This document shows, in pieces, positions 1 through 11,403 of a stretch of 64,000 nt of DNA. The DNA lies in assembly GCA_010093995.1 (NCBI GenBank), contig ML992502.1, positions 1,047,001 through 1,111,000 of the forward strand. Reading direction: 5' to 3'. This DNA comes from Elsinoe ampelina. Its lineage: Eukaryota. Within the stretch, counting starts at the first letter, position 1, and every line of letters starts with the position of its first letter. The notes below the pieces were generated by a model, which searched no databases, was not told where the DNA came from, and worked only from the letters and a program-made list of their open reading frames with translations. The translations under genes were made by a program, and so were the position numbers.

Positions 1-573
1 CAAGCACTCCATCTCGTCTTCCCGGATCACGTCCACGCCCCCGAGCCGCGACCGTATGCGGTCGTAGTACTTGAACGCCCCGCCGCCCGTGGCCATGACG
101 CAGAGTTTCTCCCGCTTGGAGGACGAGGACGAGGTGCGCCCGGCGCGGCGGCGTTGTTGCTCTTCCAGCCCGCGGAGGAACTCGATGCAAGCGTCGATTT
201 TGTCGGTTTCGAAGCGGAGGAAGTGGAGCCGGCCGCCTTTTCCTTTGGACTTGGACTTGCTCTTTCCGTTGGCCGGCTCTTCCGTTTCTGGCGCAAAGTA
301 GACGACTTTGGCCAGGCTGCCGCCTATGTCGGCTGCCACGTGGGAGACGAGGCCCGTGTGGTTGGGGAGCCGGATGTCGCGCTTGTCTTGCTCGAAGGCG
401 GGTTCTTCGCTCGAGGAGGTGGGGGAGGATGCGCCGGAGGAGGGAGGGGAGGAGGTGGTGATGTAGGCTCCCGAGACGTTGATTTTGATGCTGCCTGGTT
501 CGAGGATGGCCGTGGCCATTTCGCTGGCCGTGGAGGAGAGGCGGCGGCGTTTGGAGGGGCGGGGGGAGGGCAT
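1..573 (-). CDS. panK: Pantothenate kinase, type II (5' part; runs off window start)
   Basis: Manual translation from ATG at 573: MPSPRPSKRRR...DIRLPNHTGLVSHVAADIGGSLAKVVYF...GGRLHFLRFETDKIDACIEFL...VMATGGGAFKYY. The DIGGSLAK and ATGGGA motifs are typical of eukaryotic PanK/Cab1. Confidence 0.9.
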   Translation of the reverse strand, partial: MPSPRPSKRRRLSSTASEMATAILEPGSIKINVSGAYITTSSPPSSGASSPTSSSEEPAFEQDKRDIRLPNHTGLVSHVAADIGGSLAKVVYFAPETEEPANGKSKSKSKGKGGRLHFLRFETDKIDACIEFLRGLEEQQRRRAGRTSSSSSKREKLCVMATGGGAFKYYDRIRSRLGGVDVIREDEMECL

Positions 574-948
574 GGTTGTTGGGTTTGGTGGGGTAGGTAT
601 GGGGAGTTCAGATGGGCATTGAGGTTGGGGAGGTAGGCATTGGGTTTGGTGAGCGTAAATAGGAGAAGGAGGGAGGATCGTGGAAGGGTTTCAACAGGTG
701 CAGATGGCAGACGGAGTGGATTTGAAGTGGTCGCGTGGGCTGATGATAGCTTGAGCTGGTCTGCCCCATTGGCCCGAGATTTTGGTCGGGCCTCGGGAGT
801 GGGTTGATGTAATTTTAACAGGAGCCGGGATGTAGGGCCGGTCTGCCGCTCATGCCATATACCAGTGCATTGCTTACAAGTTATAAGCTTACGATCATCG
901 GTTGGATCAGAAATTCTAAGTATTATAATGGTATCATCTGTCTCTCAT

Positions 949-2505
949 CTAGAACCCCGTGTCATACCCTTGGCCGATCGTGCTCAAGCTCTTCTGGTCG
1001 GCACTGACGAGATTACCGACATGCTGACCCGGCGCTCCAGCCATGTACCAGGCATACTTCTCGACGAAAGTTGCTTGAGTATCGAGGTGGGCAAACACAT
1101 TTGTCACAAAAGCATTCACCTCCGCATCAGTCCCAGAGTTGAGGCCGAATTCAGTGATCCAGATGGGGTAATTTCCGCCGCCGACAGTGTCGTGCGTGTA
1201 GTACAGTTGGCTGTAAAAGCTGTCGAAATCGTTGGGTCCGCCGTACCAGTGGATAGGAATGAAGTCGATCTTGCAGTCCGAGCACGCTGCCAGGAACTTG
1301 ACCAGCCAGTCATTGCCAATGTTGAGACCTTGTCCATTGGTCACGGCGGGGGCACCAAGTCTGAACCCTTGCGCCTTGAGCGGAGTGATATACTGGCGGT
1401 AAGCTGTCACTGCATCAGCGACGCTCATACACGAAGAACCAGCGCCATCAACGCAGAGATCTGGTTCGTTGAATCCGAGAACTTCGGTCCATCCTTTTGC
1501 CTTGGCGGCAGCAACGTTCGTGGCCCACACATCGGTGAGGTCAGACGCTGCGCTCCACAACATAGGCACGAACTGCAGGTTGGGATGGAGGGGCGCTTGC
1601 TGGGCGCCGAGCTTGGGATCATGAGGCGCACTGAACCAGTTGTATGCCCAGCTGACTTTGGATGTGCCAGCCGAACATGTGGTTGAAAAGAAATTCGTGA
1701 CGGGCGTGTAGTTGTAGGCGAGGCCTCGTTTGCCACTACCAGCAGTTGGACGACAGCTGGAGCTTGTGGTCGTTGTGGTGCTTGAAGTAGTTGTTGTGGT
1801 CGTTGTGGTCGTCGTTGGTGGACTTGTGGTTGTCGTTGTGGTTGTCGTAGTTGTAGGGCGAGTCGTGGTCGTTGTGGTGCGCGAAGTAGTTGTTGTGGTC
1901 GTCGTAGTGGTCGTCGTTGGTGGACGTGTGGTTGTCGTTGTGGTTGTCGTAGTTGTAGGGCGGGTCGTGGTCGTACTGGTAGTCGTCGAAGAGCTGGTAG
2001 CAGTGGTGGTACGAGTGGTTGTTGGAGTCGTGGTCGTTGTCGTGGTGCTAGTTGACGAGGTGGTGGGGGGACGAGTAGTCGTGGTCGTAGTTGTCGTAGC
2101 TCTGGGTGTTGTCGTCGTGGTCGTGCTTCGAGTAGTTGTGGCTGCGGGTGTTGTTGATCTGGTCGTCGTGGTAGATACAATAGCGCATGACTTGTGGTAG
2201 AACTTCCACGGCGATGATGCGTTCGCATTAAAGTTGTTCTTGACCGCTGCAGCGTACAGTAGACACCCCTGACTCCCTACTGCATAGCTTATGCATTGCG
2301 ATTGGCCATTGCAGCGATTTGCACAATTCGCCTGCGCCTTGATATTCGGAAAAGAAGTAAATGCCGCTGGGTTACTCCTATCATAGCCAGCCTGGCCGCA
2401 TATGGTGGTGGAAGTCTGTCGTCTGCTCTGGCGGTGACCAATTGGTTCAGCAAGGGTCAAGCACGCCAGCAGTAGAAGACTGGACAGGGGGCAAGGCAAA
2501 TGCAT
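949..2505 (-). CDS. Secreted GH128 beta-1,3-glucanase-like protein with N-terminal Cys-rich (PAN/apple-like) module and Thr-rich linker
   Basis: ATG at 2505 followed by a signal peptide (MHLPCPLSSLLLLACLTLA). Motifs KRGLAYN, WAYNW, FVPMLW, LGFNEPD, FIPIHWY and IWITEFG include both putative catalytic Glu. Intronless. Confidence 0.85.
   Translation of the reverse strand: MHLPCPLSSLLLLACLTLAEPIGHRQSRRQTSTTICGQAGYDRSNPAAFTSFPNIKAQANCANRCNGQSQCISYAVGSQGCLLYAAAVKNNFNANASSPWKFYHKSCAIVSTTTTRSTTPAATTTRSTTTTTTPRATTTTTTTTRPPTTSSTSTTTTTTTPTTTRTTTATSSSTTTSTTTTRPTTTTTTTTTTRPPTTTTTTTTTTTSRTTTTTTRPTTTTTTTTTTSPPTTTTTTTTTTSSTTTTTSSSCRPTAGSGKRGLAYNYTPVTNFFSTTCSAGTSKVSWAYNWFSAPHDPKLGAQQAPLHPNLQFVPMLWSAASDLTDVWATNVAAAKAKGWTEVLGFNEPDLCVDGAGSSCMSVADAVTAYRQYITPLKAQGFRLGAPAVTNGQGLNIGNDWLVKFLAACSDCKIDFIPIHWYGGPNDFDSFYSQLYYTHDTVGGGNYPIWITEFGLNSGTDAEVNAFVTNVFAHLDTQATFVEKYAWYMAGAPGQHVGNLVSADQKSLSTIGQGYDTGF
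1760..2175 (-). repeat. Thr-rich coding low-complexity tract with an internal ~100-bp tandem duplication
   Basis: (TTTTTTTTRPP)n-like repeats; the units starting near 1784 and 1883 are near-identical. Confidence 0.85.
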
Positions 2506-3133
2506 GATGCTAGAAACGAGCGACTGACGGGATAGCAAAGTTGCCAAAGGAAATGTCTAAACTGTGTAGAAAGGGTCAAAGACGACGACAAGAAGGAGAA
2601 ACATGCTCCTTTTGAAGTGGGATCATGCTTGGGGATTTCTCAGCACCGAAGCACTTACGGTAGACTTCACCAATAGTCGGTAGAGGCGTCTGCAGATTGG
2701 TGAGAAGATCCGGTGCATTGCGCGTGCAAAAGGAGGCGAAAAACAGCCATAAGCCACCGGCGGTGGGTGAAGTGAAACATCGATGCACTCTGGAAGGTGT
2801 CGTGCCTGCCAAGTCAGTACGTTTTGCGCTCACCATACCTCGCTTCCCCCTACCAGGGCGCTGGAAGACCCGACAGTGAGATAAGGGTCTCGCGGCTTCG
2901 TGAACCAGTTGACTTGAGGCTGGCTGAAGGTAGCGCTAAGGGGGTAAGTCGACCAGAGTTTACGCTGAAGAACGAAGAATGGGAACCCCAAGAGGTGCAT
3001 CCAGAACCCCTTTTGGACGCGCACAGTCCTCCCACGGCGCGTGGCAGCACGGATTTGAGCGCTGCCAATTCCCACCTTGCCACTCTAGTCGACCTTTGCT
3101 GCGCCGACGACTCCCCTTCGACGGTTGATAATT

Positions 3134-6100
3134 GTGACCCTTGTATCAAAACTCCTCAGGCCTAACCCCTTTTCGGCGTCACCCTTCTTAATGCGGAGAA
3201 CTCCACCAATTCTTTATGTAATCTTATATAATTAATACTATTAAATTTCTCTCGTCAAGACGAGTTTATGAATATATAAATTATATAGTTCAGTGGTTGT
3301 AGTAGTAGTAATGTCATCGCTGTAGCAACTGCCCTAGAGGGGCAACTAGGCAAGTTAAGTACTATAACATTAACCTCTGTTAATTCGAGCCGCACGTATA
3401 CCTTATGCCTTTTTTAGCCCCTTAGCACACATTCAGATTAAATACCTTACTATCCTCTTACAAATTCGATTATATAATTACTATTAGCATGTCTAGGAAA
3501 GGCCTCTATAATATAGTAGCAAGGTAAGCACGTTAGTAAGCTAAGCAAGCGTAGGTCGCTACTTAGGCTATAGTATAAGCAGTAAAGACTATAGAAGAGC
3601 AGTAAAGACTATAAGAGTAAGTACTAGATTGTCTAATCTTAGAGTTATAATTTCGCCTACGATTCTAGCGATTTAGGGGCTAACTATTATAGGTTTAATA
3701 ACAAATAGCGCTATCTAACTACTACGAATAATTAAGACTTCTAGCACGTTACGGACGACAAGTAGTAAAGCCTCTATCTTACTCTAGAAGCTATAGAAGC
3801 TAGCGACAATACTAAGGCAAAGAAGATTACCTTAATAAGCCTCCGCTATATCGTTTATACTAGCGAGATTATAGAGATAAAGAAGAGAGAGCTAGCACTA
3901 GCACCGTGCCGCTAGTGTAGTTATAAGGCTAAGGGGGATAATAGGGTAGATAGAGACTTAGGGGTTTATTGCGTTTAGAAGGAGAAGAGTAAGAGCAAGT
4001 TATATAGATACTATATAAGGGAGAGTAAGAATTATTGCTTAGCGCTAGCTAGAGAATTGTCGTTAGAATTGTAGGTTAAATTGTAAGATCCGGCGGAGTT
4101 AAAGACACGTATTAAGCTTCTAGAAGCTACCTTATCGAAAGCTATAGATACTATCTAGCAGTAAGAGAAGAGGATCCGCTAGCTAGAGGGCGTAGTCTTT
4201 AGTAAGGAGGAGAAGGAGGGAGAGGTTAATAAGATAGAGAGGGTAGAGGAGGGGGAGATAGTAGTAGAGAACAAGGTACTACTAGAGGATAAGGCCGAGG
4301 AGTTGTAATTATAAACCTATAATTATTAGCGAGGCGTTTAGTTATATTATAATACCTAATAGAGCAAGGTATACCTTTTTAACTATTAATACTACTCCTT
4401 ATTAAGTCTTCTTAGTTAGCCTAGTCCTCCTTCTACTTCTCTATATACTAACTAACTACCTCTTTTACTTAGCACTAGTTATAAAGTCTTCCGGCTAAAT
4501 AATATCTATATCTAGTAGTTAGTCTTAATAAGTTAAAGAAGCCTAGCGCCTTTCCGGAGCTTAAGATTGCCGTGTTATAGTAGTAGAAGACTTTTTAGCC
4601 CCTTAAGTTATTACTAGTAGTAGGTTAAATTTAACCGACCTAAAGACATCTCTATAGTCGGAAGGGGTTAGAGTAGGTAAAGCACTCTAGCTACGCCTCT
4701 TTAAAGCCTCCGGTAGATTAAACTATCGAAACTCGCTAGTTAACAAGTCTATAATACATATTAAGGTTAGTAGTTAGTATAGATCGATCGTCTATAACGT
4801 CTAACTACGCTTATCCTTAATAGCTACCTTAGTAGTAGGTGGACTAGTTATTACAGCCGTCGGTGCTCGCATAAATAATAGAGGACTATTAGCATTATAA
4901 TTAATAAAGTCTACTTCGAATTAGGTAACGCCTCTAAGGGAAGACTTATGCTACGATTTAGGAGGTGTAAATCGCTACTCGATTCGCTAAAGCCTTATAT
5001 TAATAACAGATCGTATATATGCGTAATATGCCGCGTTAGTCTTCTTAATTAAGCAAACTAGATTATTAGCTAAATTGTAAGATGTATCGTAAGATAGATT
5101 ATAAGATAGATTATAAGATAGATTATAAGCTAGAGTTATACAAGATAGAGGCTAAGTTAAAGGCCGAGATAGACGCCGAGATGTAACACTAGTTCGAGGT
5201 TGCAATTTACGCGCGATTAAGCTACGATTCGACGCTAGGGGATAGCTAGTCTTCGTACGTTTATAGAAGATAGAAACCTCCTCGATAGCTTAGTCTAATA
5301 TCTTATTAGTTTTGCATTTATAAACTAGCTTAATATACCTCCTTTTGTTTAATCCGGCGCCGCTAGTGCTAAAAGCCTTAAGTAGCTCTTCTAGAGAGTC
5401 GTAGTAGAGTGCGTACTACATTAGTGTAATCGGCCTATTATCTATATTAAAGTTGTCGACGAGGTAGTAATCTACGTAACTATTAAACATCTCTTTACTA
5501 TACTGCTCTAGATTAAAGAAGGCCTAGTTCTCCGTGTAGAAAGCGATTAAATTACGTAAGTGATACTAATAGTTTAAATCGCTAGGGGCAATTATAGGTA
5601 GAGCAATATCCGGCGCAAGAGTACTCTAGAGCGTAACGATATGTTGTCTCTTATAGACTATAACTCTATTATAGTTTAAACTATGCGTAATCTTAAAGAT
5701 GTCGACGAGGATACATATTAACGCCTTCTAACTCTTTACGTACTAAGTTAGTAGCCTCGTAGCCTTAGATTTTAAGGTAGTAGTATAGGTGGCCGCTAGC
5801 GGCTTAAAGCTAGAGCGATATAGATCGGCAGTAGTTATAGAACGGCTAGATTACTAAGGCGGCGGCAGTAACGACGAGGGCTATATAGTCGAAGTTAAAG
5901 GGACTAGAGGAGGTAGTATAACTAGGGCAAGTTAATGTAAGTCGCTAAGAATCGTAGGGGCGACTCGCTTATAGGCGACTAATAGCTAACATAACGACGA
6001 GGCTATCGATTCTTGTTAAAAAGGCCTTCTATTACTACAATAGTAAGGATTAACTACATTGCACTAGCCGCATCTAGTATATCTCTCTAGTATGTCGACG

Positions 6101-8150
6101 TAGCTAAGAGACATTAGAGCCTTAGTATAGAGAGTAATCTAACAATTAATAATTAAAGCTATAATAACTAGAAAGCAAAAGGGATAAGATTAGAAGGATA
6201 AATAAGCAGGGGAAATGCGTTTTTATAATAGTAATTACCGCGGTAGGTCGCCGAGTCGTTAGTGTAATTCACTTAGCAATTCTAGTAGCCTTCTCCCTCT
6301 AAACATGTTAAAATTTGTCCGATGGCGTAAAAGACTCTAGCTAATTATCTTCGTGCACGTACGGCCTTATTAATTTAGTTAGGAGAGGCTTAGCTCCTAT
6401 AGTAACATAAAATCGAGCCTAGTTATAGAGAAGCTAATATATAGCTATATAAACTTTGTTACTATTGTCGAAGATAGTATAACTATTAAAATTGGTAAAT
6501 CCTCTAGCTATAAGTATAGTTTTACACTACTAAAGAGTATTAGCTAGCAGATATTCGTTAGGATCTAGAAATTTATTAATCTATAATTCGGCAGCAATTT
6601 ATACTATAATTTATATACTAAAATTTTATAAGTTTATCTAGTACTCTTCGATTAGTAGTAGCAGTACTTTAACTCTAGAGTAAACTCCTCTACGGCGCTC
6701 TAGATAGCTATAATTTAGCTCTAGCACTCTAGAGACTGTCTATAGCCTCCTCCTTGTCTAATTCTAGATAGCTCTATAATTGTAGGTCTAGGTAAAGGTC
6801 TCTACCTCTTATTAAATAATTAGTATATAGACGGCAAGGAAGGTAACTCTATTAGGCAAGGAGCTTACTATAAATCCTTAATCGGCTATAAGATTAGTAA
6901 AGTAAGCTCTCTAAGGATCTAGCTACTTCGCCTACTAACCCTAGTATATCTTAATCTACTAGTTTAAACAAGAGGTGCTATACTAGAAGTAATTCTCGAA
7001 GTGTAAGAGGGCTAAGTAATTACCTCTAGGTAGCCGGATAGCTTAACTTAGTTCGTAATAGAGGTTAGCGACTTAGATAGTCTCTATACTACGATCTATA
7101 ATAAGTTAGTATAGTATTATACTACTAGCTGTAATTGCTGCTAGGTATTAGACTACTACGGATCGTTAAGTATGTCTAGAGATACTATAGTAGATCCAGA
7201 TAACCTGTCGTAACTACGTATCGATTGCTCTATATATCTATAGCCCCTAATACTCAAATTTGTAATAAGTATCTATATGCTATATAAAATCTAGACTAGT
7301 AGGATAATTAACTAGCTAGTCGACTCGAAGGCGTTGTCTACAATGCTTAAAGTCCTCTAGATAAAGGAAACAAGATATAGTAGTTATATAGTAACTACGT
7401 GTAGTATTAGCAATTCTCTCGGCAATTCTGCCCCCTTAAATTACACTTATATTCCGACAAGATTATACTACTACCTTATATAGGTATATATTATACTTCG
7501 TCTATATGCCTTAATATTGCCTTACTTGTACTTATACTATAATACCTCGAGCATTGTAGTATCTCTATACTCCTTATTGCTCTTGCTTAACTCTATCTAC
7601 TTCTAGAGACCTATATTATAGTAGATACATTAGAGGCCTTTAAGGCTAAGTTCGTAGCTGTCCTCTTAGAGGAGCTCGAGTATATAGCTATCTATAATAC
7701 AGTAGTCGAAGAAGAGCTACTAGATACGCTCTTATAGCTTAGGGGTGTTATTAGCCTTAGGGCAAGCTAATACTCCCTAATCCTTTAAGCGTCTTACTAG
7801 AGTAATATAGCTTATTATAATACTATACTCTTAAAGGATCTTAACTATGTTGTCTCTAGTATAGCGCTCTAAGGTTATCTAGTCGGTAATACTCTCTTGC
7901 TAGCTATCGATGTTAATCCCTAGTTAAGGCATTATTTATTCGAGCGGAGGAAAAGTTTAAAGAGTAATTACACAAGGATAGTTATAGTTATAATTATAAA
8001 AATTGAAGAAAATGATAGCGCTAATAGTTCTCTACCACTTACTGTTAATCCGATAATTTAATAATCAGTGTTAGTAAAGTTGGCCATTTTAGGAAGGATA
8101 ATAATCCTTATTGAGAAGTGGAGTTGGAAGAGTTTTGATACAAGGGTCAC
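3134..8150. mobile_element. RIP-inactivated 5.0-kb TIR DNA transposon with an integrase-like DDE transposase relic
   Basis: Perfect 21-bp TIRs GTGACCCTTGTATCAAAACTC (3134-3154 and 8130-8150). AATT flanks both ends (3130-3133, 8151-8154). The interior is AT-rich and TpA-enriched. Confidence 0.9.
6269..7932 (-). pseudogene. RIP-degraded transposase: N-terminal HTH (Clr5-like) plus retroviral-integrase/IS3-IS481-like DDE core
   Basis: Reversing C>T/G>A changes gives MP.PGIDID...TLVRRLKDWG...GPDFVWHVD(7271-3)...WGLQIYGAIDAWSRQVIWIY...QYL...TD(7094-6)RGVET...YGTS.LNQ.IE(6950-2)...EYLPADTLQWC. Many TAG/TAA stops. Boundaries are approximate. Confidence 0.75.
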
Positions 8151-8689
8151 AATTTACACCCATACCTTCTAGCTTTTCTGAGACCCAGACTTCCACTACC
8201 AGACGCCACCAAAACCTGAGTACATCTCGATACCGCATGGTCGGTGAGAGTGATTACTACGCGTGATTGCGAATGCGACCTAGTTTGCAGTGTTTGTCTG
8301 AGGTCTCCACGCCGACATCGGCAGTCGAGGAACTTCACCGCCCGGCATCAATTGTAGATGAGGTGATCTCCATGTCAAGAACATGACTCGTGATGGACTT
8401 TGGGCGGCCAGCTTTACTTGTGCAGATGTGACAATCAACCTCAACATCACGGAATACTCGACTCAAGGATCGCAAGTCGCCATCAATGCTTAGTCACGGA
8501 GGGGGGGGATCCGTGCACAAGAGATCCCCTCGCCGAGGCTATGCTCAAGGTGTCACGTCGCAGCACTCACGGATCTGGCACGAGGGATGTCAAGTAGTAC
8601 AAAAGATGCATGTTTCGGGAACGATTACGTTTGCTTGAAAACCATGCGACTGGCGATAGTCAATGTGAAACCCTGCCTGGGTAGAGCCC

Positions 8690-9838
8690 TCACCACAGCC
8701 TATTGAATCGATCCAAATAGACCAGATCGTCGCTGTCGAAGACGTCAAACCTGATGTATCTTGAGCGCTCCGGAACTCTGAGAATCTCAATCGCCAGCTC
8801 ATCGAAGGCTGACAAAGGTGGCTGACTCAGTAAAGTGTTGTATTGGCTGAAGATCCTCCATGGGTCGTTGGCATTGGCAATGGCGCGGAACGTCACCCCA
8901 TTTCTTTGGGAAGCCATCGAGGTGAGGGCGAGAAGCTGCTCAATGTCCAAGAAACTAGGGCTGGCTTCTTCGTAGGAGACCGCAGGCGTCGTCAAAGTGA
9001 TAACCTTCATTATAGCAATTAGGAAGTTCACATTGGATGAAGGGGTGTTCGCTTCTGTCGCGACTGCCTTCAAGGACCTCAGCGCCTGTTGCATCATGAG
9101 ATGGGGCAAAGCGAAGGCAGTCGTGACATTCCGGGCCTGCGTCTGACTATCTCCGTCAACGATCCGCTGCCGAAGCTCGACGTCTGTGGCGCGAAGGAAG
9201 CGAGCGACCTGTTCGTGCTGTAGAATCGACGCTCGGAGGACCCCCGTGACATCGTCAGGGCGCAATACATTGGCTTCTTGCGTTTGCGGGTAATTTTTCC
9301 AGACGATCGAACATGGTCCACTGGGTGGGCAGCCAGGCTTACCAGTACCAGTGGCAATTGTGAACGATTCGTCTCCACGAGTGAGCCAGTCCGAAGGCAC
9401 CCCGAAGTCCATTGCCATGGAATTCTCGAAGGCTACTTCGTTGGTCAATGTCCAATTGGTGACGTTGCCGTACTGAATGGTGTCCCGACGCGGGCAAACG
9501 ATCGTCGTATTTCCAGTGTCGCCCCATGTACATGACCAGTGTTGACTCCCAAGTCTTTGAAAGTAGCTGGAAATTCTTTCGCCGACAACGTTGCGGAGTG
9601 CCAGACCATATCTTTCATTGATTTGGTCTTCGTAGGTTGCCAGCAAACGTCGGTACTCGGCAACATTCTGACTGTAGGAATCGGCCATAACTTTGATGAG
9701 TGAGGTGTCGAGACATTCAGGGGTTAGGACGTTGACTTGGGCATTCCAGATCTGTTGGAAGCTGTCGTGTGGCCATTGGCAGCTAGCGGAAACATATGCA
9801 AGAAGCATTGAGCTCGCAAGAAGGGCTTTAAGATCCAT
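8690..9838 (-). CDS. Secreted 382-aa protein resembling the C-terminal helical domain of subgroup C GH18/GH71 proteins
   Basis: Signal peptide MDLKALLASSMLLAYVSA. Pattern C..Y..LL..Y....Y...V...I..YF...C, WTLT..F...DFGVPSDW and LP.LMMQQAL.SL...NFLIAIMKVITLTTPAV. TATAAA on the minus strand near 9898-9905. Confidence 0.7.
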   Translation of the reverse strand: MDLKALLASSMLLAYVSASCQWPHDSFQQIWNAQVNVLTPECLDTSLIKVMADSYSQNVAEYRRLLATYEDQINERYGLALRNVVGERISSYFQRLGSQHWSCTWGDTGNTTIVCPRRDTIQYGNVTNWTLTNEVAFENSMAMDFGVPSDWLTRGDESFTIATGTGKPGCPPSGPCSIVWKNYPQTQEANVLRPDDVTGVLRASILQHEQVARFLRATDVELRQRIVDGDSQTQARNVTTAFALPHLMMQQALRSLKAVATEANTPSSNVNFLIAIMKVITLTTPAVSYEEASPSFLDIEQLLALTSMASQRNGVTFRAIANANDPWRIFSQYNTLLSQPPLSAFDELAIEILRVPERSRYIRFDVFDSDDLVYLDRFNRLW

Positions 9839-11403
9839 GATAGTACTGAGCGGAAATTGAATGTACCAATATCCAGTATATGAGAAGGGAAAACCGGCTT
9901 TATATGTAGCGCCGTCAGCTACTGTCCCAATATGAGTGAACAGCTCAAGCGCTGCGTGTGACAGCGCCTCGGCACCACAGCTCGTTCCCCCTCATGGCCG
10001 GTGAAGACTTTGCCATGGTAGCGAGGCGACGCTTTCCTCCCGTCTCAAGCTGAAGTGGAGTTTAGCTACCAATTGCATCTCCAAGCAAAGTCTGGATGAT
10101 CCGGCGGACAGTGACCACGACCTTGCACAACTGGGCAGGGTCTGATAGTCTGCCTGGATGCTGTTTCCACCAGTTATGCTTCAACGATTGCTCTATAGCC
10201 GACATTGTCTGATGCCGAGCGCAGCTGAGCTACCTCAATAGATTGGCCAAGATTTGTCAAATGTAAGCGCTCTGCGCCGCACGAACAATCGACCGGTCTA
10301 TGGTCTCCAGGCGCGATTGAAGCCAAGGACACTAGCGGAGGAGGGGTGAAGTAGTATCGCATAAAGCTCGGCAGCATTGGCTGGGGCTATCATGACAGCT
10401 GACCATGGTCGAAAATACCACCAACGTTCTCGCGCACGGCCATAGTACCCACGGTATGTTTGACCGCCCCGCCAGCTTGACCGGATGGACAAGACGTCCT
10501 GCCGGATCTAGCGGGACCAGTTTGATGCGCACTCAATGGATGTGCTTGGCTGTCTTTATCAAGAAGGGTCGTGCTTGATCGCCGCCGAACGCTTGGTGGG
10601 GATTTCAGCTCCATACCGGTGAGGATCTCAGCTCTATACCGGTGAAAGGTGGGTCCGCCGTGGTGAAGTGTTATCTGTACGCGACCTCGGAACCGGTCAT
10701 CCTATTGAACACGTATGCGAATGTGGACCTCGCGCGAGATGAACATTTACCAGACCGGTTGCGTAGCAAGTAAGGGTGCTCGGTGCTAATGCCCACCTTG
10801 CCACTCCGGTCAACCTTTGCTGCGCCGACGACTCTGTCTCTAGATTTTCTCAGCACTAGACTTCCACTACCAGACGCCATTAGAACGTGGTCCAACCTTG
10901 AGATATTGTGTGGTGGTAGTAGGCGGTGGCATCAGATGTTGATGGATAGGAGCATGGAGCGTCATTTACCGAGGGCTTCTGAAGTCCGATATCGGTCACA
11001 CCACGGCAGTTGTCTCAACGTCGCTCCATTGTTTTGTACCACAAGCTCGATATCAGTGATAGAGAAGTCGATGCGAGTCCGAATATCAGCCCCAAGATGT
11101 CTTATCAGGATGGCACCGACGTTTCGGCTCGTTTAGCAATCCCTTTCCCGAGCTGATACAATCTTTTCTCACATGAGATGTTCCATACTGACTCGACCGA
11201 GAATCGCATGATCTGCACCAGCAAGCTTCAGATGACCACTGCGATCTCAGCTTGGGAAGAAGCAATGCAGCCAGTCATCGCAATTTGACTTGGACTCTTG
11301 CAAGACTACGATTCCAGTATGACCATATTGGCAACGTATCTACGGGAGATGAAAGATATGAATTCTACAAAGTTCGTACGACATACGCCCCCTTCCATCC
11401 CGT

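Noticed and set aside
27..636. Three short ORFs in the track
   Set aside because: Alternative frames or antisense of panK, which the track misses because it runs off the window edge.
865..2200. Plus-strand ORFs 865-1686 and poly-Val 1730-2200
   Set aside because: Antisense shadows of the GH128 gene and its Thr-codon tract.
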